Source: a virus
Length of the DNA stretch: 64,000 nucleotides
Strand: one strand, 5' to 3'
Virus record (IMG/VR): IMGVR_UViG_3300020159_001932
Coordinates: 32,001-96,000 of that record
The position numbers and the translations under genes were made by a program. The notes beneath the pieces were generated by a model, which searched no databases, was not told where the DNA came from, and saw only the letters and a program-made list of their open reading frames with translations. This document shows positions 17,995 to 29,700 of the stretch, piece by piece; the stretch's first letter is position 1, and every line of letters starts with the position of its first letter.

Positions 17995-20900
17995 TTATTT
18001 TCTGTTTTTAAGTTGGTACAGCTCGTCTTTTAATAAATCAATCGATTTCTGCTGTTCTTTAATTGCCTCAATTAATAAAGGAACCAGCTTTTCGTATTGA
18101 ATAGTTTTATAGTTTTCTCCGCTCTTACTGTTGCCACTTTCGTCTTGGTCAAAAGGTGCAGGACGAGTTGCCTCTGGTAAAACTGCTTCAACTTCGTCGG
18201 CAAATAAACCAACTAGTTTAACATTTTTATCGTATCCATAACTTGCAGCAAGATCGTTAGGACTATAAGTAATACCATTTAATGATAACACTTTTGTAAC
18301 AGCATTGTCAATTACCTGTACATTTTCTTTTAGTCTTCGATCTGAGTAGTAGGCTGTAACCTCATTAGTAGCACGAATTTCTCCAATTGTTCCACTGCCG
18401 CTTGTTCCAACACCTAGAGATAAAATGTAGGTACTGGTCCAGACTGACAAGCCGCTGCCAGAAACGGCAGTACCTGTGCTAATTGTAACTTGTCCATTAT
18501 ACTGTGCAAGTTTAACAAGACCTGTATCTAATACTTCAATACTAGGAATACCAGAAACGTCGTTGGCACTGAATATTGTTCCAGTAAATGTATCGCTGAT
18601 ACTGAATAATTGGCCAGCCGTACCTGCAACTTCAAATTTATTAACTGTAGAAGTAGTACCGATGCAAACGTTGCCTCCGTTTGGATTTAATGCAAGCCTA
18701 TAATTTGTTGAATAATCAGAAGACTGTCTTGACTGAATCCAACTATATGGGTCTCCAAATCCTATGTCAAGGCTACCGCCACCTGCTGTTTGAGAGAATC
18801 TTGCTATACCGTTTTGACTACTGCCCGACGTTAATGGTCCTCCAAATGTTCCTTTAACTTCTAGTTTATTTACTGGACCAGTAGTTCCGATACCAACGTG
18901 ACTTGTTCCTACAATATTAAAGACATCATCGACACTGTGTAGTCCCATTGACACTCTATTACTGGTACTACCTGTGCCTGCTTTATAGAAATAGAATTGA
19001 CCCATGTTATAAGAACTATCAGCAGTTCCTACAGCCATCATAATATGGTCGCCGTTGCTCATTCCACTGTTCAACAATCGAACACCACGCTGGAATGTAC
19101 CTGTTCCAGTAGCTGTTAGGTCTAGTAAAGGTGCAGAGCTAGAATTTGAACCGCTAACACTTAACTTACCACTTTGTGCGTTGATTGTAAAACTACTTGT
19201 GGTGTAAACTAATTCACCTGTGGCTGTTGCATTGTTACTGTCAACAAAAGTTGGAAAGTACACAGCATTAGACGTTTGCGCCACAGTGTTGACCTGTGTA
19301 GCAGTGGTTGCTGATCCTGCACCTAGTCCACTTACTGTGACCCAGGTGGGTGCAGAGCCTGTTCCGTTGGTTTGCAAAACTTGTCCAGCAGTGCCCGCTG
19401 AAACAAATGCAGTTGCTCCTGCACTGCTTTGATACGGTACTGCCATTGCAGAGCCGCCACGTAAATTAGTAGATACTACAGAATCTTGTACATAGATACT
19501 GCTGGTACTAGTGTATACCGGACTTGCTGCGCCGGCCGACACTAGCAGTTGACCTGCTGTGCCAGGACCTACAAATCCTGTGGCACTAGCACCTGTTTGT
19601 ACAGCTAACTGACCAATAGTTCCGCCACGTAAGTTAGTAGATACAACTGCGTTGGCTACATATATGTTGGCAGTGGTTGTCCAGGTAGGTGCTCCGTTAG
19701 TCGAGGCTTGCCAAAACTGACCAGTTGTTCCTGAACTGGCAAAGGATGTTACGCCCGGTGATGTTTGATAAGGAATTTGGAAAGGTGTACCACCTGCTAA
19801 GTTTGTAGCAGTAGTAGCACTACCAGATGCCAGTCCGCTCAATGCTGCCCAAGTTGGAGCACTACCATTACTTGTAAGAACAAACCCGTTGGTGCCGATA
19901 CCTAAGAAAGATGTATCGTTTGCACCTGACTGATAAGGAATACTACCTGCGGCACCGCCTGTTAGTTCATCTGCAAATCTTGCACTATTAACAAACATAC
20001 TACTTGTATTTGTCCAAGTAGGTGCTCCATTAGTTGTGGCTTGCCAGAACTGACCTGTTGTGCCTGAGTTAGCAAATGCAGTGGTACTAGGAGCACTCTG
20101 ATAAGGAATTTGCCAGGCTTGTCCACCTGCAATATTTTGAGAATAACCAAACAGTGATGTTGCTGTACTGGACCACTGGGGTGCTGTACCTGCTGAGTTT
20201 ACTGTCAAGAAATTTCCTGCAGAACCAACCGCTAGGAATGTTGTATCATTAGCGCCTGACTGATAGGGCAGGCCGCCTACGGCGCCACCTGTTAGTTCAT
20301 CTGCAAATCTTGAACTGTTAACATAGATGCTACTTGTATTTGTAAACACAGGACCGGTGCTAGTAGTTCCTGCACTCATTAACAATTGACCAGCGGTACC
20401 TGCTCCGAAGAAACTAGTTGCGCCGGCTGCTGTTTGGAAAGGAATTTGTCCTACTGTGCCAGCTGCCAGGTTAGTAGCGGTTGTTGCACTACCTGCACTT
20501 AATCCACTAATTGCTTGCCACACTGGTGCTGATCCGTTGCTGGTAAGAACAAATCCATTAGTACCAATTGCTAGGAATGTTGTATCATTGGCACCTGACT
20601 GATAAGGAATACTACCTGCGGCGCCACCTGTTAGTTCATCTGCAAATCTTGCACTATTAACATACATGCTACCTGTACCTATAAAGGCAGTTGTATTGGC
20701 TGCACTTTGGTAAACAAACTGACCTGCTGTTCCGCCTGCTAAATTCTGTGCGTAACCAAATAGTGATGTTCCTGTATTAGACCATTGAGGTGCATTACCT
20801 GCTGAGTTTACAGTCAAGAAATTTCCTGCAGATCCAACTGCTAGGAATGTTGTATCATTGGCACCCGACTGATAAGGCAGGCCGCCTGCGGCGCCACCTG

Positions 20901-23900
20901 TCAGTTCATCTGCAAATCTTGCACTGTTAACGTAGATACTACTTGTACTTGTAAACACAGGACCTGTTACACTGGCGCCTGCACTAACTAATAGTTGTCC
21001 TGCTGTACCCGGTCCTACAAAAGAAGTTGCAGCCGTTCCAGTTTGGAATACTAACTGTCCGGTAGTACCGCCGTTAAGATTCGTTGCATTGCCAACATTT
21101 AAAGAACTTTGTGAAGCCCATGATGGAGCAGATCCGCCCGTTCCAGTTATCAGCACACTTCCTATTGAGCCTTGGGCCAACATTGCTGTAACCCCGGTAG
21201 CTGATTGGTAAGGAATGGTACCTCCAGATCCGCCAGCAAGGTTAGTAGCTGTTGTGCTAATACCTGTAATGCTGGCATTAATTGTGCCTGCTACGTTGAT
21301 GTTTCCGGCAACATACAAATCTTGTCCAATTCCTACACCACCTAACACAGTTAGATCACCAGAAGTTGTGTTTCCACTATTAACTGCTCCACCAACTAGT
21401 TTAATTGCACCAGTTCTGAATGTACCAAAACTGGTTCCAGTGAAAACTCCACCACTTTCAACACCGTTATCAAACCATTCTAAATAACTGGTAGCATTGT
21501 CAAAGCCCAGGAATGCGTCTTTGTCAGTGGTCTTATAATAATGGAACATAAAACCAATGTCTTTGCCATCATCTAGAGTCCAAGTGTGGTTTCCTGGTCC
21601 AGATCCTCCAGGAGCATGTAGACTAATCAAGTTGTCTGTGTAGACAGTAGAACTAGAATATACAAATGTGTTGGTTCCTTGGAATACAACACTTCCCTGG
21701 AAAGTCGTATCGCCGGCTACAGTTAAATTTTTGTTGATCCATGCGCCACCGGCAACATACAACGAGTTGTCGGTGTTGGTACCTGTGCTGGAGTCGGTGT
21801 TGTTGACTGCCAGTCTGCCCGACAATGACATTAAGCCACTGGCAGCATTGATTCTAAACGAACTTGTGGTGTATACAAAGTTTGCTGATCGTGCAGCATT
21901 CAATGTACCAACCATTGTGGGATAATAGTTCTGATCTGTAGTCTGTCGAACAGTGTCGACTGTTACTGCCAATCCCACATACACACTTGCAGTGTTGATA
22001 AACACCGGTGCGCCGCCTGCACTCATCAGCAGTTGACCAGCTGTGCCTGTGCTTAAGAAACTTGTGGTGTTGTTTGCACTTTGAATAAGAATATTACCAG
22101 TGCCAGCACCAAGCAAGTTGGCAGCATAACCGACCTGCATACTTGCAGTACCAGTCCAGCTAGGAGCACCGTTAGTAGTTGCTTGTAAGAAGTTACCTGT
22201 TGTGGATGTGCTTATAAATCCTGTTGTACCTGGAGCAGTTTGATATACTAGTTGATTAGCAAGACCATTGGCAATATTAGTAGCAGTACCTGCTGCTAAA
22301 GTGGAGACTGCTTGCCAAGTTGCTGTTGTTGCGCCGGCAGTTAGTACAAACCCACTAGTACCTAATGGAACAAATGAAGTTGTTCCAGCTGCACTTTGAA
22401 TTGGAATACTCCCAACTCCGCCACCAGTTAGGTTATCTGCATATCGTGAACTGTTAACATAGATACTTGATGTATTAGTAAATGCAGGTGCACCGACTGC
22501 GGCCATTAATAGTTGACCAGGAGTACCAGTACTTAAAATACTTGTGGTGTTATTTGCACTTTCGTATAAAATACCACCTGTGCCAACACCTAATATGTTT
22601 GCAGCGTAGCCAACGCTAATACTTGAGGTATTGGTGAATATTGGTCTGCCGCCAGCGGCAACTAATAACTGTCCTGTTGTACCTGTACTTAAAAATTGTG
22701 TATCATTTGTTCCAACTTGAACAACGATATTACCTGTGCCTGCACCTGTTAACTCGTCTGCAAATCGTGAACTATTAACATAGATACTTGAAGTATTTGT
22801 AAATGCAGGCGCACCAACTGTGGCCATTAATAACTGACCCGGTGTTCCTGTGCTTAAGAAACTTGTAGTATTGGCAGCACTTTGATATAATAAACTTCCA
22901 TTGCCGCCACCTTTAATTGTTTCTGCTTGAACTGCATTGCCAACATACATAGTGCCGCTGGTTGTCCATGTAGGAGCACTGGTAAAGTTTGCCTGTAAAA
23001 AGTTGCCTGTGGTTGCTGTACTTACAAAACTTGTAGCACCGGGCGCCGATTGATAAACTAGTTGACCTGCTGTTCCACTAGCTAAATTAGTTGCTGTATT
23101 AATTGTTACACTGCCACCGATTGTACCAGCAAATGTACCGTAAATTGTGGTAGCAGTTAAAATTCCATTTACATATACTCCGCCTGATACTCCAAATTTT
23201 TCACCACTTACAGTTGGAGCAGCATTGGTGTAGCCGATTAATACAGAGGTTGTGCCTGAGCTAATTTGAAATGGGCTTGTTCCGTTTGCTTCGGTTACAT
23301 CGTCTTCTCTGATAATTCTAAATGTATCGTAGTAGTTGTCAAAACTCCAGCGATAAGTTCTGCCTCGTAGGACAAGTTGACCACCTTCACCAGCAGGATC
23401 TGTCATTGACTCAATACGACCGTTGACAGTTAATGCACTGCTTGTACTAATATATCCAATACCAACTTGTCGAGTTCCTGGATTAATTAAAAATGTACTA
23501 GTTGTGTAAACACTTTCTGGTACCGCGGTAGAATTGTTTGCATCAACAAATACAGGATAGTAACTTGCATTGGCTGTTTGTAAACTTGTTTCTACTTTTA
23601 CAGCATTGCCTACGTAAGCGGTACTAGTATTGCCTGCGTGTATAATTAAATTGCCACCGTAGGTTAATCCGCCTGTTCCAGCGCGGCCCAACGCTGTAGT
23701 ATCACTTGCACCAAAAACAATGTATGCATTGGCAGTATTTTGTTGTCCTGTTATTCTTAATGTATCAGATACATTAATGTCACCAATCCAAGCATCATCT
23801 CCTACTCTAAAGTTTGTGCCGTTTCCGTTGTTTGTTGCGTGAAAACTATTTCCTGTTACTAGTCCAGTACTCGGATTTACATAAACACTACTTGTTGTGT

Positions 23901-26055
23901 ATACTAGTTCTCCAGTTGCACTGGCGTTATTACTGTCAACAAATGTTAAGAAATTTGTTCCGTTATCTGGTCTAGCCTGAGTATTAACTTGTGCTGAACT
24001 ACCAGAAGATGAATCTGCAAATGCGGCTCGTCCTACATACATACTGGCAGTTGTAGTCCAGGTAGGTGCTCCATTAAAGTTAGCCTGCAAGAAGTTACCT
24101 GCGGTAGCGGTACTAATAAATGCTGTTACGTTGGCTGCACTTTGATAAGGAAGTTGGCCGCCGACGCCTCCAAGTAGATCTTCTGCATACACCGCAGAAT
24201 TAACATACATGCTGCCAGTTGTAGTCCAGGTAGGTGCGCCATTAAAGTTGGCTTGTAAGAAGTTACCTGCGGTAGCCGTTGATACAAAGCCAGTTGCATT
24301 TGTTGCTGTTTGATATACAATTGCGCCGCCAGCACCGCCGGCTAAAGATCCAGAGAATAATGTTGCTGTAACTATGCCGCCTACAAATACGCCTCCACCT
24401 ACACCTAGGCCACCATTTTGAATCTGTAATGCTCCACTGGATGTACTTACTGTTGCAGAGTTACTTACTACCACTGTCTGATGGTTGGCGGCTGTTCTTA
24501 AGTTAATGTTTCCACCAAAGCCGCTGTATAAATCTAATGGGCCGTTGTTGCCAGCAACAAGACCAGAGGCGCCAGAAATACTAGGACTACTGTTAGCTCC
24601 ACCGGAGATAGAAATACTGCTTCCGTTTCTAGAAATAAGGCCGCCGGTGATAATTGTATCATTAGTTGCACCTGTGCCTGCTCTTAGTGCTACTGCGGTT
24701 GCTGTTGTTCCTACATATATTGAGCCACCAACTCCAATGCCACCGTTTACAATTTGCAATGCACCGGTTAAAGTAGAAAATGCCCGGTTGTTGCTAGTAA
24801 TAATAATGTTACCGTCGGCCTGTGTTAGTGTGCTTTGATATACTGGCGCACTAGCACCAGTACTCATCAAGAACTGACCAAATGTACCAGGTCCTGTAAA
24901 TGCAGTCACGCCTGGGCTAGTTTGGTATGGTAATTGACCAGCGGTGCCGCCTGCTAGGTTAGTAGCAGTTGTAGCAAGTCCAGCACTTAATCCACTAATT
25001 GCTGTCCATTGCGGTGCAGTTGCACCGGCGGTTAATACAAACCCGCTGGTACCTAAACCCAACATTGTTGTTGCACCTGAGGTAGTTTGATAAGGTATAC
25101 TGCCGGTGTTGCCGCCTACTATGTTCACAACAGTGGTCATCAGTGTTGATGTATTCAATGACCAGGTTTGGTTTGCACTTCCATTAAAAGATGCACCATA
25201 AAAACCTGTACCAGTTGACAAAGTTCCAATTGTTGAGTAGGAAGTTGCGGCATTAGTTGCTGTGTCAGCCAATGTTGCACGATTGACATAGATACTGCTT
25301 GTGTTTGTAAATACAGGTACTCCTCCAGCTGACATTAAAAGTTGGCCAGCGGTTCCGGTACTTAAAAATACTGTGGTATTGTTACCGCTTTGTACAAGAA
25401 TATTACCAGTTCCGTTGCCTGTAATATTACCTGTTAAATTTCCAATAAATGTTGTGGCGGTAATAACATTACTTACTCGTATACTTCCGCCAACTGTGAT
25501 GTCTTTTCCAAAGCCAGCGCCGCCGGCAATAATCAACGCACCTGTTGTGGTTGAATTTGATTGGGTACCATTTAAAGTCTGAATTATGTCATCAGTTTGT
25601 ACTAATGTTGTTGTAACAGTTGTTAGTTCAATGGTTAATTTGTTGGCAACAATGCTACCACCAACATATAAATCTCCACCAATTCCAACTCCGCCTGCAA
25701 CCTGTAATGCACCTGTATTAGTTGATGTTGCTATAGTAGTGCCTGACAGTGTTAAAGTATTTTGAAATGTTGGTACACCAGACGCACCGTAACTTACTAA
25801 TACATCACCTGTGGCACCAGGACCAAAAAAGTTTGTTATCCCGGGTGCAATTTGATAGGGGATCTGATTAATTGTACCACCGGCTAAGTTTGTCGATGTA
25901 CTACTTGCGCCTCCAATAATTGTGCCGCCCGGTGTTACACCATCATGTAATCTTAGTTGTTTTACAGAAGTATCTACTGTAATTTCACCAACAGCACCTG
26001 TATACGTATTATTTTGTGCTGACGTGCCTCTTTTCCATTGTACTTGTGTTGACAT
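17995..26055 (-). CDS. Long tail fibre, 2686 aa, with C-terminal intramolecular chaperone (peptidase S74-like)
   Basis: N-terminal QWKRGT...GEITVDT....LRLHDGVTPGG anchor; many G/T/S/A repeats; YYSDRRLKEN cleavage motif; GLFADEVE.VLPEA; Y.KLVPLLIEAIKEQQ coiled coil. Confidence 0.92.
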   Translation of the reverse strand: MSTQVQWKRGTSAQNNTYTGAVGEITVDTSVKQLRLHDGVTPGGTIIGGASSTSTNLAGGTINQIPYQIAPGITNFFGPGATGDVLVSYGASGVPTFQNTLTLSGTTIATSTNTGALQVAGGVGIGGDLYVGGSIVANKLTIELTTVTTTLVQTDDIIQTLNGTQSNSTTTGALIIAGGAGFGKDITVGGSIRVSNVITATTFIGNLTGNITGNGTGNILVQSGNNTTVFLSTGTAGQLLMSAGGVPVFTNTSSIYVNRATLADTATNAATSYSTIGTLSTGTGFYGASFNGSANQTWSLNTSTLMTTVVNIVGGNTGSIPYQTTSGATTMLGLGTSGFVLTAGATAPQWTAISGLSAGLATTATNLAGGTAGQLPYQTSPGVTAFTGPGTFGQFLMSTGASAPVYQSTLTQADGNIIITSNNRAFSTLTGALQIVNGGIGVGGSIYVGTTATAVALRAGTGATNDTIITGGLISRNGSSISISGGANSSPSISGASGLVAGNNGPLDLYSGFGGNINLRTAANHQTVVVSNSATVSTSSGALQIQNGGLGVGGGVFVGGIVTATLFSGSLAGGAGGAIVYQTATNATGFVSTATAGNFLQANFNGAPTWTTTGSMYVNSAVYAEDLLGGVGGQLPYQSAANVTAFISTATAGNFLQANFNGAPTWTTTASMYVGRAAFADSSSGSSAQVNTQARPDNGTNFLTFVDSNNASATGELVYTTSSVYVNPSTGLVTGNSFHATNNGNGTNFRVGDDAWIGDINVSDTLRITGQQNTANAYIVFGASDTTALGRAGTGGLTYGGNLIIHAGNTSTAYVGNAVKVETSLQTANASYYPVFVDANNSTAVPESVYTTSTFLINPGTRQVGIGYISTSSALTVNGRIESMTDPAGEGGQLVLRGRTYRWSFDNYYDTFRIIREDDVTEANGTSPFQISSGTTSVLIGYTNAAPTVSGEKFGVSGGVYVNGILTATTIYGTFAGTIGGSVTINTATNLASGTAGQLVYQSAPGATSFVSTATTGNFLQANFTSAPTWTTSGTMYVGNAVQAETIKGGGNGSLLYQSAANTTSFLSTGTPGQLLMATVGAPAFTNTSSIYVNSSRFADELTGAGTGNIVVQVGTNDTQFLSTGTTGQLLVAAGGRPIFTNTSSISVGYAANILGVGTGGILYESANNTTSILSTGTPGQLLMAAVGAPAFTNTSSIYVNSSRYADNLTGGGVGSIPIQSAAGTTSFVPLGTSGFVLTAGATTATWQAVSTLAAGTATNIANGLANQLVYQTAPGTTGFISTSTTGNFLQATTNGAPSWTGTASMQVGYAANLLGAGTGNILIQSANNTTSFLSTGTAGQLLMSAGGAPVFINTASVYVGLAVTVDTVRQTTDQNYYPTMVGTLNAARSANFVYTTSSFRINAASGLMSLSGRLAVNNTDSSTGTNTDNSLYVAGGAWINKNLTVAGDTTFQGSVVFQGTNTFVYSSSTVYTDNLISLHAPGGSGPGNHTWTLDDGKDIGFMFHYYKTTDKDAFLGFDNATSYLEWFDNGVESGGVFTGTSFGTFRTGAIKLVGGAVNSGNTTSGDLTVLGGVGIGQDLYVAGNINVAGTINASITGISTTATNLAGGSGGTIPYQSATGVTAMLAQGSIGSVLITGTGGSAPSWASQSSLNVGNATNLNGGTTGQLVFQTGTAATSFVGPGTAGQLLVSAGASVTGPVFTSTSSIYVNSARFADELTGGAAGGLPYQSGANDTTFLAVGSAGNFLTVNSAGNAPQWSNTGTSLFGYAQNLAGGTAGQFVYQSAANTTAFIGTGSMYVNSARFADELTGGAAGSIPYQSGANDTTFLAIGTNGFVLTSNGSAPVWQAISGLSAGSATTATNLAAGTVGQIPFQTAAGATSFFGAGTAGQLLMSAGTTSTGPVFTNTSSIYVNSSRFADELTGGAVGGLPYQSGANDTTFLAVGSAGNFLTVNSAGTAPQWSSTATSLFGYSQNIAGGQAWQIPYQSAPSTTAFANSGTTGQFWQATTNGAPTWTNTSSMFVNSARFADELTGGAAGSIPYQSGANDTSFLGIGTNGFVLTSNGSAPTWAALSGLASGSATTATNLAGGTPFQIPYQTSPGVTSFASSGTTGQFWQASTNGAPTWTTTANIYVANAVVSTNLRGGTIGQLAVQTGASATGFVGPGTAGQLLVSAGAASPVYTSTSSIYVQDSVVSTNLRGGSAMAVPYQSSAGATAFVSAGTAGQVLQTNGTGSAPTWVTVSGLGAGSATTATQVNTVAQTSNAVYFPTFVDSNNATATGELVYTTSSFTINAQSGKLSVSGSNSSSAPLLDLTATGTGTFQRGVRLLNSGMSNGDHIMMAVGTADSSYNMGQFYFYKAGTGSTSNRVSMGLHSVDDVFNIVGTSHVGIGTTGPVNKLEVKGTFGGPLTSGSSQNGIARFSQTAGGGSLDIGFGDPYSWIQSRQSSDYSTNYRLALNPNGGNVCIGTTSTVNKFEVAGTAGQLFSISDTFTGTIFSANDVSGIPSIEVLDTGLVKLAQYNGQVTISTGTAVSGSGLSVWTSTYILSLGVGTSGSGTIGEIRATNEVTAYYSDRRLKENVQVIDNAVTKVLSLNGITYSPNDLAASYGYDKNVKLVGLFADEVEAVLPEATRPAPFDQDESGNSKSGENYKTIQYEKLVPLLIEAIKEQQKSIDLLKDELYQLKNRK
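19320..25420 (-). repeat. Degenerate ~45-aa tandem repeats in the tail fibre (NLxGGxxGxxPYQSxxxxTxF...GxxGQxL...PxW/F)
   Basis: Unit recurs many times in blocks. Near-identical DNA copies of agttcatctgcaaatcttg occur at about 19964, 20294, 20633 and 20903. Confidence 0.85.
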
Positions 26056-26066
26056 ATATTATTCTC

Positions 26067-26663
26067 TTATTGTAGGGTACCCCAGTCGAAATAGATCGGT
26101 CCTGTTGGGTCATCAATTAATCCAAAATCTGCGGTAAGTCCTTGCATTCCTGGTATAAATGCTAGATATAATGATCCTGTAGAGGTTGTTGCAACACTAA
26201 TACCTACTTGTCCAATTACACTAGAAGTTGTCAATACGGTAGCACTGTTTACATTTAAGAACCATCCATCATAAACTAATCGGTTTGTTAATGTTGTTAG
26301 ACTTGGTGCTAGTTGATAAGGTACATATCCCGCCTCGCCACCAATTAAGTTTGTAGAAGTAGATGCAGTTCCTGCATTTGTGCCAATTAAAACGCCATTT
26401 GAATAAATGTTTCGGGCATATAGGTCGCCCTGTATTCCGGCTCCACCAACTACTTGAAGAGCCCCGGAAGTTGTATTTGTTGCGCTAGTTGTACTGCCAA
26501 CATTAATTGTGCCGCCAACCCAAACGTCCTTGGCAATACCTACGCCGCCAGAAAGAATAACACCACCTGTTGTGGTACTAGTTGAAGTAACAGTCGATAA
26601 AAATGACGCAGTGGTATTAACCACCAGGCCGTTTTTGACTTTGAAGTCGGCTTGATTTGACAT
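26067..26663 (-). CDS. Fibre-associated structural protein, 198 aa
   Basis: DFKVKNGL N-terminus and ST.TGAL.V.GG.GI..D repeats shared with neighbouring fibre proteins. Confidence 0.7.
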   Translation of the reverse strand: MSNQADFKVKNGLVVNTTASFLSTVTSTSTTTGGVILSGGVGIAKDVWVGGTINVGSTTSATNTTSGALQVVGGAGIQGDLYARNIYSNGVLIGTNAGTASTSTNLIGGEAGYVPYQLAPSLTTLTNRLVYDGWFLNVNSATVLTTSSVIGQVGISVATTSTGSLYLAFIPGMQGLTADFGLIDDPTGPIYFDWGTLQ

Positions 26664-26743
26664 TGCCCTTTAGTTTCCCTTTCCACCAATTGGCTGATTT
26701 GTAGTGTTATTTATGTATTTTAAATTTTTTGGAAATTTTAAAT

Positions 26744-26774
26744 AAAAAAATAGGACCCATTGGGTCCTATTTTT
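26744..26774 (-). terminator. Intrinsic terminator, possibly bidirectional
   Basis: AAAAAAATAGGACCC-ATT-GGGTCCTATTTTT inverted repeat. A CATAAATA late box follows at 26708-26715. Confidence 0.8.
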
Positions 26775-26792
26775 AAACACAGTACTACTATG

Positions 26793-29700
26793 TTACAAGG
26801 TTATAGCAGTTCTCATTGTTTTTACAGTCATATTAGTAGGAGTATAACTTGCAGTAAAATTCAAAGTTACTATTCCGGCAGCTAACGTAGCGTCAAACGT
26901 TCCTAATTCTCCTTGACTTGTAAGAACAGCATATTCTGTCATATATACACTGGTACCGTCGTGAAATAATAATATTTCTTCCACATGTATTTTTGTACCA
27001 TCAACAATTTGTATAACATATTTGCATGTTCTGTAAGAAGTTGAACTAAATGTATCTAAATTAATTAGAGAATTGGTAGTAATAAACCCACTGGTATAAC
27101 TAGATATTAGGTAGTTGTTGCTATACAGTGAATTAACTGTAGTTGCCGAGCTGGCGCTACCAACCGTAAGTGTTGTTCCAATTGTAGCAGCTTTGGCAAC
27201 CCCAATACCACCACTGATAATAACTGCACCGTTGTTAGTTGCATTACTATCTGTTACATTTTGAAAATATGCTATGCCTGCAGACGAAACTGTTAAATTT
27301 CCGCCAACACCGACTGCACCTGTACCAGGATTAATTGTTAATGACGATGTAGTAAACACTGTCATTGAATTTGCAGTTGCATTATTTGCGTTTACAAATG
27401 TCGGGAAATAAGTTCCGCTAGCAGGTTGTGCTACAGTGTCAAGTTTTGATGCAGTTCCTGTAAGTGTACCCTGGAAGTTACCAATAAATGTTTGTGCGGT
27501 AATGGTGCCGCCAATGGTGGCAGTTGTACCAACATACAAATCTTTGGCAATTCCTACTCCACCCGTTGTTTGTATTGCGCCAGCAGTTGCAGATCCTAGA
27601 GATGGAGTTGTAGTATTGTGATAGGTTATTCCAGCAATAGTGGCAGTTGTACCAACATACAAATCTTTGGCAATTCCTACACCACCAAATACTTGTACTG
27701 ATGCAATGCCTGCTACTCCCAACGCTGGACTTGTATTGGTTGTAGTTGTAATACCTCCTACAACTAAGCCGCCGCCTATACCAACTCCGCCAAATGGTAC
27801 AATTAATGCTCCAGTTCCTGTCGTTGCAACGGCTGTACTATTTGTTACAGTCATTGCAGTAACAGAAGCGCCGCCATTAAGTCCTGAATAACCGGTTACA
27901 TTTAATGTGTTAGTTACAGTGGCCGCACTTATTGTAGCACCACCATTTAATGAAGTATAGCCGGTTACATTTAATGTATTTGTTACCGTGGCTGCACTTA
28001 TTGTAGCACCACCATTTAATGAAGTATAGCCAGTTACCCCTAACGTAGTTCCTACTGTTACTTCGTTGGTTACCGTTAAAGCATTTGCTGTGGCACCACC
28101 GTTTATTGAAGTATACCCAGTATGTTGTGTATTTCCACTTACAAGTAAATTATTTGTTACAGTGGCCGCACTTATTGTAGCACCACCATTTAATGAAGTA
28201 TAACCAGTTACATTCAATGTGGTTGTTACTGTAGCGGCACTGATTGTAGCACCGCCATTAAGACCTGAATAACCAGTTACATTTAATGTATTTGTTACCG
28301 TGGCTGCACTTATTGTAGCACCACCATTAAGACCTGAATAACCAGTTACATTTAATGTATTTGTTACCGTGGCTGCACTTATTGTAGTACCGCCATTTAA
28401 TGAAGTATAGCCGGTAACTGTTAATGATGTACCAAGACTAGTCGCACCTGCAATAGTAGCAGTTGTACCTACATAAATGTCTTTGGTAATGCCTAGACCG
28501 CCTCTAACTTGTAAGGCAGCAGTTCCGGCCGCACCTAACGCCGGTGTTGCATTTGTAACTGTTGTTATACCTGCAAATGTTGAACCATCACTTACCGTTA
28601 AACTTGTGCCAGTGCCTTCAACTATCAAATAATCAAATGTGCCTGTGCTACCTGTTATTTGATCAAGACCAACACCTTTTAAAAATAATGACCCTTGTAA
28701 GTTAATGTCTCCACCGACCCACAAATCATTATTGATTGCTGCGCCGCCAGCAACTTGTAGTGCGCCGGTGCCGTTATTATATCCTGTAGAATTTCCAGTG
28801 CCACTTACTACTACATTTGTAGTCGTAAACGTAGTTCCGTTAAATCGTAGCCCTGCATTGAATACTGTTTGCCCAGGCCCGCTTTGATAAGGAATTTGAT
28901 CCTTTTGGCCGCCAGCAATGTTTGTTGCGGTTGTAGCATTACCAGCTGACAATCCAGATACTGCACTCCATACTGGGTTTCCGCCAGTTACCGTTAAAAT
29001 TTGTCCGTTAGTGCCAATCGGTAATGTAGTTGATTGGCTTTCTCCTAATTGGTAAATTAAACTGCCACTAGCGCCACCTTGTATATTAGTAGCCGTGTTA
29101 GCACGATCTATAGTTCCAACTAGTCGCTGTGTTGCATCATTCCAGGTAACCGGTGTGTTTTGTAACTTGTTATTAATACTATAAACAATACCGCTGGCCG
29201 TAGTTAAGTTTGTAGCATTTAATGTGTCGGCCCAAACTGCCCCGCCAATGCCGGCACCGCCATTTAAAATCTGTAATGACCCAGATAATGTATTAGTTGC
29301 TGCAAATCCGCCATCAAGTCCTACTTTACCTGTTCTAAATGTACCATAGGTAGCAGTACTAAAATCGCCGTTGGTAGCCTCTGCACCAGAACTATACCAA
29401 TGTAATTCTTTGCTGGCATTGTCAAGTACCAATGCTGCATTAGTATCTGTGCTATTTGTATAATAGTGGAATCTAAATCCAATATCTTTGCCGTCATCAA
29501 CAAACCAGTCAGAATAAACTCCACCAGGCGGAGTATGTATTTCTAAAATATTATCAGTGTAATAAGTATTAGTACTTAAAACATAGGTAGCCGTACCGTT
29601 GAATGTAACAATGTCTTTGAATAATACCGGACCTGCTACAGTTAATCCTTGATCTGCATAGATACCACCTGGTGTATAAATTGCGTTGGCTGTATTGGTT

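Noticed and set aside
10847-26055. Diversity-generating retroelement or invertible shufflon acting on fibre/LamG genes
   Set aside because: No reverse transcriptase, template/variable repeat pair, recombinase or inverted cassettes seen. The paralogues are all co-oriented and highly diverged.
27840-28415. Regular repeats as a CRISPR array
   Set aside because: These are in-frame coding repeats without unique spacers, and there are no cas genes.
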